A stretch of DNA of 64,000 nt. It comes from Catajapyx aquilonaris. Taxonomy: Eukaryota. The stretch lies in NCBI GenBank assembly GCA_000934665.2, contig KZ537968.1:62001-126000 (forward strand), in the 5' to 3' direction. Under the pieces are notes generated by a model. The model had not been told where the DNA came from, did not search any database, and saw nothing but the letters and a program-made list of their open reading frames with translations. How positions within the stretch are numbered: the first letter of the stretch is position 1; each line of letters opens with the position of its first letter. Shown here piece by piece: positions 13,001 to 25,000 of the stretch. The position numbers were made by a program, and so were the translations under genes.

Positions 13001-16000
13001 TGTTATTTTTGACAGCAGTAGCAGTGATCACAGTTAGTAAAAAAAATCGGCATTTGGCCTGCCCCTACGCTACAGGATTTGCTGGGAAGCCACCCTCATT
13101 TCAACGCCTGCCAGCCTCCCGCTGAGCCCCTGATGGACCCAGAATCCCCAACACTTCCATCACTTTGTTGTTGGAGAGCCCCGTGCTGCTGCTCCACCGT
13201 TGTAATCAACACTGCGGCAAAACCACCCCTCTCGCGAATTAATTAGATGCTTTTGTTGGCGCTTTTGCTCGGCTCTTTCACCTCGGCCTCCTTGCAAGAT
13301 AGGCCCCGAAGAGATCCCATTTGCCACACCGCGTCTGCTCGGCTGTTCTCCTTCGCTTCTTCCAGCAGCGGACAAACTCCCAGGTGAAAGGAGTTGCTCA
13401 ACATCCAAAGGAGGGGGGGTTATTCTACACACTTCCAAATCGGATTACTCCACCGGCCGTCGAAAATTACGCCTCAATGATCTCTCTTTGGTTGTTGGTT
13501 GGTTGGTAGGAAGGGTTACCCAGCTTGTATGGCTCTGTCTGAGTCGAGCCTTGGCAGCCGGGGGTAGGAGAGGAAGGTGTGGGATTGCAAGGTAGGGGTG
13601 GGGGAGAAGGGTGGGGGAGAGGAGGGCTGGCCCCGGCTGTACTGCAATGCCGGGTCCAACCCAGGGACGGGGGTGGGATATTCTCCCAAGCACCCCGTCC
13701 AACCAAGAAATGCGAGTCAGGTCCGAGGACCGCTCGAGGAAGAGAGTACCGTCGCTGGCGAACCAGACGGGCCTCATACAACCATTGTATTTTGATTGCC
13801 TCAATGATCTCTCAATTGGCGGACCTCAGCGGGAGCCCGCCAGAGGGGAGGCCTCCAATCTCCACAATTTCTCTCGGTATAATGGTAGTGGAGGCCCAAC
13901 ATGTAATTGGATTCAATTTGGGCGAAAAAATATTGTCAAAAAACTGTATCGGCTGTCGATAAAAGGCCGGCCGTGATCTAAATGCCGGAGGGAGCCATGA
14001 TCTAATGTAGGCCACGAGAGAAAATGGCCGACAGGGCTAAGGCTATACGCAGCCGGTACATTGTACGTGCTGTTCGACTCCCCCGTAATCAGTCTTATCT
14101 TGTACTGAGAGAGAGAGAGAGAGTATAGGCTGTGCATCATAACCGTATCATTTGACGCCGGTCGTGCGATTGCCAATTGATGCTGAATTGATCAATTTTT
14201 TCGGGGGACTTGGTTGGCTGCTGACTATATATGGAAATGGAGTGAACCACCAGCGTTGGTTGGCATTAGCATTTCTGATGGCATCGGAGGAGGACCCTGC
14301 TGCATGGCAATCAGGCTCACGCCTTCTTCTTCTTCTTCCGATGGTGGACGCCGCCAGCTGTACGTGAGAGAAAAGAGCTCGTTTGCCGTCCCATCAACGT
14401 ACCTTTTGCAGACTCCTGATGGGCGGGGGTGTTTTCCAGGCTGGAATTCCGACCTTCTTTTTGCACAGCCACAGCTAACTACCGGAAAGGGGCACTCTTG
14501 AGATATCATCAGGTGTTTGCACGGGCGACCCAACCCCTACAAATCACTCCGAAGCGAGGCAGCACGAGAGATACACTATTTTTCCGTCAATATACCTACG
14601 AGGAAAATTTAGTGAAATTGCGCTCAAAATAATTTAGAGAGTATAAAGAACCATGTAAATGACCCCGAGTGTGTGATGTCGCATTCCACTGATGATCGAT
14701 CCGGATTAGCTGGCGAAAGATTCTGTTTACGATTATGGGGCAATTAAGATCAGTGTCGCGTCTTCTGGCGAGTCTTCTGGAGGCTCCTCCAAATTTATGA
14801 TTTTACAAGAGTTTGACAGGGGCTTTGACACACAAAAATGCTCATTATTCCATAGAAAAGAGGCGGGTGTCGATAGCAGGTTTTCCCCTCTCCCATTAGA
14901 ATCTTGGCAAGATCAACTTTGTGTGTTTTTTTTGTCCATCGGCGGTTTGTTCGTGACTGAGACCACGCAAAAATCGTAATGCGTGACTTAACCCCCCTTT
15001 TAAATTTTTTTCCTCCTTAGGTCAGGTGGTGTCGTCCGAGATCTTGATGGCCAGCGAAGGAGGCTGTCCGATCGAGATGCACAAGATAAGGATCGAGCGA
15101 TGCGACGAAATGTACGATCGAGACTGCAGAGGTGATCGTTTCATGCCCTTCCATCGAGCAGGGTACGACCGAAAGACCGGACAGAGTCCCAACAGCCCTA
15201 GGGAACAGGTAAGACAATAAACATGTATCTGGGACCCAGGGCTCATTGAGGTCATGATTAGGCAACGTGTGCTAAAGAAACGCGATTGGCTGGAACCCGG
15301 AGGACCGATAATCGACAGCGCCACAATGGCCGAGCAACACCAGACGCCATGCAAAGGTGAAGCAGGCACGATTAATCCTGGAGATATAATCGTTAATATT
15401 TTTTCTTGGCCCAAGACCTGGTCGTAAATAATGATGATTGTTAGAACCCCTGTTGCAACCCACACTCCTAAGGATGTGACCCCACCCACCCTATGTAATT
15501 TCGGGGCAGCCACTCATTTGCAAACAGCGGATTAAGTGTTTTTAATTACTGTAGGATGAAAGTAAATGAATGGCCCAATAGAACAACAGCCCAAGTCTAC
15601 CAGGTGGAGGTGCATTTTACATAAAATATTGTGAAATTTAATTGTACCGGAGGGTTCATCAATTAAAACCTGAGAGCAAATATTTTCCTTTGGTGAAACA
15701 GGTAGCCTCACCGCCTGGTTTTCTTAATTCCGAATGACATAATAGGCACGGATTGATCTCTCGAGCAGTTTTACAGCACACCAATATTCCAGGGGTACAT
15801 AGCCGGTGGCCCCTACTTTTACAGCTGGTTGCTAACTCATCCGGCACTGCTGCTGTTGATAAATCTTGTCGCAAATTAAACCCGCCTTCCCTCTGGTGAT
15901 TCAAACCAAATCAAACCATTCGCTGGGTGGTCTTCTTCCTGAAAATCGGTACCCATTTGCTTAAAAATCAGGTCGTTTAAACCCCGCATCACGTACGTTG

Positions 16001-19000
16001 TAATTTTTTTTGCAATATATTTTTTGTACGATCGCATGACATCCGCAGCTTCATTTGCAACAGGTATCCAAAGATAAGCCTCCCATTTTTACATAGACCG
16101 GGGCCGTCTCATGACAACGTCGTGATTAGATGCTTTGGTATTCGCATACTAATCTGGCCGCTTTTTAGGTGAAGGTTGGAAGTATTTTGTGTGCCGGCAT
16201 AGTGTAATGACCACCCTCACCCAACCCAACTCTACATGCCTAATAAAGTACCGCTTTTAATTGGATCGATAGTGCCTCACCTTCAGCCAATGAAAGGATC
16301 GCAATTTTTTTTTACATATTTGCAATGTAGGACTATCTCCTGCTGGTTTTGCCAGGATTAAACTTGGAGGCCAGGAATCGGGTCAGAGTCTTGAAGGATT
16401 ATCTGGGTGAGCCGCAGGATGGATGGACATGCGCATTGATTGATGGCATGGTGTCCAGTTTGCGGTGATGTCGCGATAAAGGATGACAAACGACTCGGAC
16501 CTACTTCAGGGTGATGTCAGAGAGAGACTAGAGTCTGTAGTGTTACCTGAGGTGGCAGTGTTGCATAGCACCACACGAGACGGTGATGCTGATCCTTCTG
16601 ATAGCATTACACAAATTAGGCGTGAATGTGTAAGCAGTTTAGGATGCGGCTGTCACCCTGTACAAGGATGTGTGTATCTGCATTGTGATTGTTTGACGTG
16701 TCGTACGACGTACTAGTAAGACCTGAAATGCATGATTTCAAGATAATGCAGGGTTTTGCAGTTTACACCATTCCTTATGGTATTAAAATATCTCCAGAAT
16801 TTTTGTGAGGCTGTAATTTTAATTCAGAAATATACAAGGGTGTTCTGAATTCGTGGGTCATTTTTATAACTGATATCACCTGATGGTAGTTATTTTTGTG
16901 TAGCTTGTTGTGCCCCTATCCAGCAGGTTCCCCATTACTCCCAGGCAGTCAAATGATTAGGAACACAACAAGCTACTATCGGGCAATATCAGTTATAAAA
17001 AAACGACCCACGAATTTGGAACACCCAGTATGACCTAAGAGTATGACGCTTAAAATAACTGCTAAAATAACAGTTATTGTGCTGATATCCAAGAAAACCA
17101 GCCAAGTGTTTAAGCGCGCCACCTTTTTACGACCCAATTTCAATTAAACTACGAGCAATAAATTTCTCTTTCAATACGGTAATGCTCCTGACGTTCAATT
17201 GATAAGCAGGTCAGGTCAAACCCATAAGATGAGGACGATACCAGCTATCAAGGCATAGTAAAAATTTCTGACATGCTTCCAGGCGCTTCCAATGCGTGCA
17301 AGGTAACACTCTCTAATTGACACTAGATGATGATGCATTGTCCGCAATTATTTTAATACGTACAGTTACAGCAGGCTAGCAGCACGTGATAACTTATAAT
17401 CGATGGTCCGGATCGACCAGGCATGAATGATTCATCGACTTCCATCTAAGAGAGGTCAGGTGCCCAGAATTTTTGCTCAGGGACGACTGCAAATTCCAGC
17501 AAGGCGCTGATGTAGTCGAGTTACGTAAAAATCAGTCCTTGATACCTTGTTTTCTCCAAATGGCCACGCCGGATCTTACATTAGCATGACTTCTTTTTTT
17601 GTTGAAGAGAGACCCTCGGGCGGTCAGGACATATTGCATTTGCATGGATTTTTCGGGTGTGTGCTCATCGAGAGGGATTTTCCATATCTAATTGTGGTCG
17701 CGGACACGCCAGTAAAAAAAAGAAAAGAAAAAAAAGAGTGACAATAGGGGCCAAGGTTGTGGAGTTCGGCGAAAAATAATGAGAAAGTTGGGCTGGGTGT
17801 CACAACAGTGTAGATTTCTTGCATGATGACTTATTCGTACTTGCTGACGTTTCTAGGCGTGAAAAGTTTCAAGTATGTGTATATAAAAAATATTGAATAT
17901 TTGTAACGTTGTCGTGAATGCAAAAAATTTGTGACATTGTCAAGTTGACAGGAATGTAAATTGAGTTCCTAGGGACTTGAAGGCAAAGAAAGGACATATT
18001 ATGGAGTGACTGATGCAAGTGCCACTGTGCAAAAGAGCTTTGGAACATTAGTTATGAGTAGAGGGGCTGTAAAATAAATGGGAATTCTGGTGAAGGGAAG
18101 TTGCAAATGAAATATAGGTATCAATGTTTTGCATTTAAATGGCTGAGTTATATTTTTTTTGTTGAAAAGCTACAGTCGAAAAACAAATACAGGGACTCAT
18201 GAGATTTACAGTTAATGAGCGGTTGTTGGCGAATTTCGTGCGCTCAGGTGAAAATTAGTAGCCATCACGACGGAAGGTTGTTTTGGTGCTCCTTTTTTGC
18301 AACTGGAGACATTACACGTAATTACTATGAAGAACAAGTGCCAGGTACTCTAACGTGTGATTTTTTTCTGAGCTTGAATTAAAACTTTTAGAGGAGGGGT
18401 TGAGCCTGTCAGATGTTTTTGTCAGAGTCCGAATGATAGATGAGCTGTTACGACCTTCTCTGTAATGGATTTTTAGGATAGCAATTGAAAAAAAGCGTGT
18501 TGTAGTAGCCTAACATTCTGGCCATATTTTAATAGCACAACGAAACTAGCAATTTTGCCTTTCCATTATTGCTGCCTTGCAATGGAACTGAATATATCCT
18601 AGAAAAAAAACAACAAGATTAAGATCATTTCATGGTCGAGTTAATGTAGCATGACTAAAAATTAAAAGCCTCTCCAGAGTTGTTAAAATGCAAGTTATGC
18701 AAATTAATTTTGCCGTAAACAATCGAATAAACACTGCACGCGCGACTTGTTTTATTGCTATCACTATTTTACGAGTTGTTTTTTTTCCCTTTATATAATT
18801 ACTGACCTGGATGGATTCCCCTTAGGACAAGTTAGGTTTTTCTACCACTTTCTATCAAATTTTAACGACTCTGTTTTTCTCAAATTGTTGCAGATCAACC
18901 AGATGACCAGCTGGATAGACGGCAGCTTTATTTACAGCACCAGCGAGGCTTGGGTTGCTGCCATGCGTTCTTTCCACAACGGAACGTTCAGGATATCACC

Positions 19001-22000
19001 AGACGGGGAATTACCGCCTCTGAATGTGGACAGAGTACCTCTCATCAACGCACCTTCGCCACATGTACTACGGATGTTGGAACCGGAACGCATGTTTCGT
19101 ACGTTTATTTAATTATTTTATAGCTATCTGCGGTGTAATTGTACTGAACAGCACGCCATACAAATCATTGCTACTTGAAAGTAGCGGTGATCACTTTTAG
19201 GACCATCATCAGACCTAGCTGCTTTTTACGTCTCTGTTGCAATCATTCCAAGAATGTACAGATGAAAATGGGAAAGAAACTCTGTTGCACTTTACCTTCA
19301 CATAATATCTGGACACCCACAGAGAGTGGTCGTAATCATACACCTGCTGCAATTCGTCAACCTGCAACGATGATTAACGACGTTTGTTAAACCCGCACGG
19401 ACCGTGGCTAGATTTTTACGACATTTTTCTAGCCCATCTTATGAAATGAGCGGATGAAATCGCGAGATAGTTTGGCATTTAAGCTCGCCAGCTCGAAACG
19501 AGAGCGGTCAACCTGACAGCAAGAATTTTCAAGTTCTTATCTTTCGCTTCAAATTACGACCCTCAGGCCTGCTGGTCTGTACAAAAAAAAATACTGTCTG
19601 CATGAATTTTTTTGGACGTAATTTTTGCAACAAGTATTGTCGAAGCCGTGAATTTTACGACTTAAATCCCTTTATGTTGCATGGATTAAAAAATTGGCTG
19701 ACAGTTGGATTTACTGGCCGGATAATTTTTTTCAAGGTATGATCTGATATTCAGCTTGCAAAAAGTGGGGCGGTAAGTAAGATTTCTATGAAATGTACAC
19801 CCCTCCCGATGATTATCTCTGTCGGTTTTTATGTCTTCGGTCTTCAGAACAGAAAACAGCAGGGGTATCCCCCATTTATTACCGCCATTTGCGCTCAGCC
19901 ACGTTTACTCGTTATCTAAGGATGATCTGGTTTCTTAAGTAAATTTGCTCCATGTGAGACCCGGACGGAATCTGGATTGGTGTCGATTTAAAGATGACAC
20001 ATGGAGGGTTTTGTGGCCAGGCGGCTTCCTGCATACACAGGTTCAAAAAAGGAGCAACTGTCTTTTGGGAATGTGATGGGTCTGCTGTCAGGTAGGATTT
20101 AAAAGGACGCCGTCTTTCAAATCATGAGGCAGTTCGTTACCCTTTAATTGCTAAACCTGCATGGGGTATAGAGATGATTAAATTTTTTGGTCCAGTTTGT
20201 GCGTGGAAAATAATTTTCAAATTTAATGCACACAATGTGATGTCAAACATTTAGGAAAATATGCAGTGGCCAAATTTTTTCCAGTATCTTTTTGTGGTTA
20301 GCTGTTGACCTCCAGGTCACGGTTTTACGACTCCCGCCACCGCAGAAACCAGGTAGCGGCCACCCTTTGATCTTTGCGAATCCCTCGTGATGTGCTTACA
20401 AGCCCTCACCTGTCACAAAATCATGACTCACCTGACAATCAAAAGGTAGAGAAGGGAGTAACCAGTTTGCTTGTTGCATCCACCCATTCAAAATATGATA
20501 TCCCACTGTGGACCCCAAACGGAATGGACCTACAGGAAGGCTCATTAGTATCACCACTTGATCAGGTGATAATGAACATACCATTTTTTTCATTTCGAAA
20601 AAAAAAAATTGTTGCGTAACATCTCCCATAACTTAACCGGAATGCGAAAGCTCTTTCCTAGCCTAAAAGCAATACCGTGTTTTGCATGCTTCGAAAAGGA
20701 GCGGCGCTCGATTTATGATAGCCACACCTCCTTCTCAAGGAGTTTTCAATAGCTGGAATCAAAAACTAGGCTCAAGTGAATAAATACAGGCTTGGGCGTT
20801 TAAAAAAATTCGTCACGACATGGACCTATGACGGCGTTCTTGATTTTGATGGGGGTGAAGCAAATTGGAATTGTTAGCGGGAGACACGTCTTATCATCTG
20901 CGGGATGTAAGAATTGGTGGAGTTGAGGCATGGTTCTTCTGGGTGGCCACCAGTTATTGGTGGAAAAAATATAGGCAAAAGGCACGAAACATACGGCATA
21001 ATACTCATGGTACGCGACTTCAGTACTGTAAGACTGTGTACAAGTAATTGCTGTGGAGGTAATTATTGACTGGGTGATTTAAGAAGTGGGCAAGTCATTA
21101 CAAGGGGGAATCATCTATGCTGTATGAGTATAAATCACTTCCCTTTGTTTTGTTAGCGGGTCGATTATCCGGGCAATTGATTAACACACGAACTTGCAAC
21201 CTGCCTGATGTGAAAATTAGTAGGCAACATGCACATCAGCTGCCCCATTATAATATCAACCGACATAATTACACCCGCAATTAAAATATTTTTTCTCCTC
21301 CATTGCCATTTGCCCAATGCAGATGCAAATGCCGTTATCTACACATCATGGCACCGAGGATTTTTCGCACGCAAAGTTAGTTAATCGCACGTTGGACTGA
21401 CTACGAATGAAGCAAGTTCATCCCTCTGGCTTTATGGCGGCCATTAGTACAGTAATTTAAAAGCGTTCTTAAATGATTGTAACAAAGGTGTCGGGTCATG
21501 GCCTCGCGTTGTTGGAATGCGCATAACTCATGTCGATAGCTCCGAGGGGCAGACTAGTCCAGTTTTTATATGTTCGTGAGACCAACAATCCCGGATGGAT
21601 CCTGGAGGGGACAATCCGATTGTTAGAGGCGCCTGTTCTAGGCGCCAAACAGACGACCCGACTCTCTTGGCCCACCTTCGGAGAGAACGTACCAGGAGGC
21701 CATTATTTTCTGAACATGGCCACCTCTCGCAGAGCTATTGTTTATGGGTGCTGCAATAGGTGGGAGGTAACAGTAATGACGGTGTTGAAAACGTGAGCCA
21801 CATAATTTACATGAATCAAGGTGCAGCAGGTGTACCACACGCGTATTAAATAATATTAAAAACGAGGTATGGCGACCTAGAAACTACTTGTAGGCAGGTG
21901 TAGGATCTGTAAGTAAACATCGTCAATAATGAAAAGCATACGTTGCGTGATCGAGGCTTCTGATTGGCCCTCTGTATGTTGTTTGCGCGACAGTTCCGAT

Positions 22001-25000
22001 TGGCCCCCGTTCTGCGGCTGCGCAATGGAGGAAGGACCTATTCAGTTGCTAGCTGGCTTGTGGCAGGTAAACATCGTCTCTCCCGTCACCTCGACCATTC
22101 CCCCTTCGTCACCCACCCACCCCGTCCCCTCCACTGCGACGGGGTGCCGAATCGGTCTCTGGGTATCGAAAAATGCGAGAGACGCAATGGTTTTTCTAGT
22201 GTGACATTAAATTCGAGTTTTAACCTCCAGTTTTAGGTGACGCTCGCACCAACCAAAACCCAGCACTGTTGTCCTTTGGCATCCTGTTCTTCCGCTGGCA
22301 CAACATGGTGGCCAACCGTGTCCATGAGGAACACCCGGACTGGTCAGACGAAGAAGTGTTCCAGCGAGCACGACGCATCGTTATTGCTTCATTACAGGTA
22401 AGGGCACAATCACTCCGATCGCACTACGTACCCTAGACATTTTGCGTTGCTAAGTAGGCACCTCGAGGGGGTGAAGACTGATAAGAGCCAGGGTGGTAGC
22501 TTCACCTCCTGTACTTTGAGATAGTACTGGTGCATAAAATTTTCAGCCGGAATTGCTAATGTCTTCATTAAGGTAGCTGAAAAGTGAACGATGCAGGAGA
22601 TTTGATGGGAAACTTGTTTCCTTCCCCTCAAGCTCGGTTAATCAGATCGACCCTGTAGCTCTCATGGATGGCCTGACATGATTGATTTCTTGTGAGAAAG
22701 GTGACAAACACTGCCCCTGTTTTCGAGGTATTTCCGGGTGTAGTGCCAAGCACTGGGGGGGCAATAACTAGGCACTAAATTTTTATGGGGTCTCAAAAAA
22801 TTTGCTGTAAATTGAACTGCATATTGCAGCGCATAGTTTGGGTAAGTGGTGGCGAAATGTGTAACCAGTTTGGCATCTGGTAGGATGCTCACGTTCGTGT
22901 ATTTAACCATCGCTAATTGCAATCGCCTGAATCCATATCGACGGCAACCGGATTGGCATAAAAAAGTTTGCAATAATGCTAGTTTAAAAAAGACGTGACA
23001 AATTAATAAGCGGATTGACATTGGGGCAGCTGTTTAATCAGGACTTCAACTTACACATTGTCGCACTTCCTCATGCATTTTATTGGGTGGCAGTAAAGCT
23101 GTTAGGCAGGCACTTTAGACCACTTGCGAAACAGGATTTGCCCAAAGTATTGAGGAATAATCTTGGACGCCAGAAAACGTAACGACCTTCCATAACGAAC
23201 CCTTTTTTTAACTCTTCTGGTTGGACCTGTCCCCTAACCAAATTTGTCGCAATGTCAGTTGGGTCTGGAGACCTGTCAACTGGCTGAGGACTGGTCCAGC
23301 CATCCAGGTGATGGAGCGATAGTGGCAACCCGGCTGATAAACTCGATTAGAAATTACGTAGGGGTTATCAGATCCGGCCCTAATGATCATGTTATAGGGC
23401 AAGGGTGACAGTTCTCCAGCTTTTTAGAGATTAAAGGCAAGCGCTGAGCTTTTTATTTGAGTTTGAATCTCACTTGGACACATTGTGATACGTTTTGCCA
23501 ACATAGATCTCAAGCTTAGAATTTAATTGTGTTGGTTTAGGAGGAGAGTCGAGCCCTGATTGGTGGATAAGAGGAGATTCGATCTCTGATTGGTATGCAA
23601 GAAAAGACGCTACCAGTGATTGGTTGGGCAAGGAGACGCGATCTCTGATTGGTTGAGGGAAAGGAGCTACCTGTGATTGGTCGCATTTGAAAGAAGCGTT
23701 ATGTGATTGGTGCAGCCATGTTTAACTCAAAACATAATTTCTTTCTGTGTCTGTTTTCAGAACATTATTGCATACGAGTACCTGCCCGCTTTCATCGGCG
23801 AAGGGTTGGGCAGGTACGAGGGTTACAAGCCTGATGTACATCCAGGAGTCAGCCACGTGTTTCAGAGTGCAGCCTTTCGCTTCGGACACACACTCATACC
23901 ACCCGGAATCTACAGGAGAAACGGACAGTGTGATTACCACCTGACTCGAACCGGATCTCCTGCCCTTCGACTTTGTACTACTTGGTGGGATTCAAACGTA
24001 AGTCGTTAACTACATGTTTATATAGCCCTTTAAACGCCGGTTGCAGAAGGACAAAAAAAAAGAAAATGGCACAGATACTCATGTGCTTTACCCACATGCA
24101 TCATGTGTGTAACAACCTGAGAAAATATCACGACGGCTATTGTCCCCATGACTCTGATTACAACACCAAAGCAACATGACTGACTTAAGAGTTCACGGAT
24201 GTTCATCTGGGCCATATTTCTGTCCAAAGGACAAAGGGTACCCGGGGATTTATAGCGGCTTTTACGAGGAGGAAATCTTTATAAAGGTAATTTCGTGCCA
24301 CGGGTTGCGCACACTTTTTTTCCTTATCGCACTTCTGAATGGGAATCCAGATTTGGCTTTTCCTGCACCGAATTCCCACAAACCTGCTGTACACCGGTGT
24401 TATCGTCTCGTGAGGCAGGTGGTCATGCACGAACACGTTTGTGCTCTAGAATTAAACAACCGGTAAATTGGGCTAACTTTGTAGCTCATGAGAAGACCTG
24501 AGCCACTCACTCCTGAATTAGCCAATCTGACCACTGCAACACATGCACAGTCCCATTTCCTGTGCGGATGAAGCTAATATATGGGATGCTCACACAATGG
24601 CAAAAAGATTTTGTAATTATTGGGGATGTCAGCCAACAGATTATGTATAGGCGTCACTAAAGCACACAGTGTCTATTGAGGGAACAAACAGGAAAAATTC
24701 TGAGCTACGTTTTTTGTGAAGAAACCGTTTAAAAATCAAGCCTTGAAAATTCGTTTAGGCACGAGGATTACAACAATAAAGGCGGTTTCAAGGAAAAATA
24801 CTGCTGAAAAATGATTGTGACCAATCCGTGTTGTTATTTTCAAATATAGGACGTCCTGGCCCAAAGTTCAGTGGAGGAGCTCCTGATGGGGATGGCATCT
24901 CAAATCGCAGAGAGAGAAGACACCGTCCTGTGCTCTGATGTCCGGGACAAGCTATTCGGTCCGATGGACTTCTCCAGAAGGGACCTCGGAGCCCTCAACA

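Noticed and set aside
23557..23711. Repeat-spacer pattern superficially like a CRISPR array
   Set aside because: The repeat is only 8 bp and non-palindromic, the spacers are related purine-rich sequences, the context is a eukaryotic intron, and no cas genes are present.
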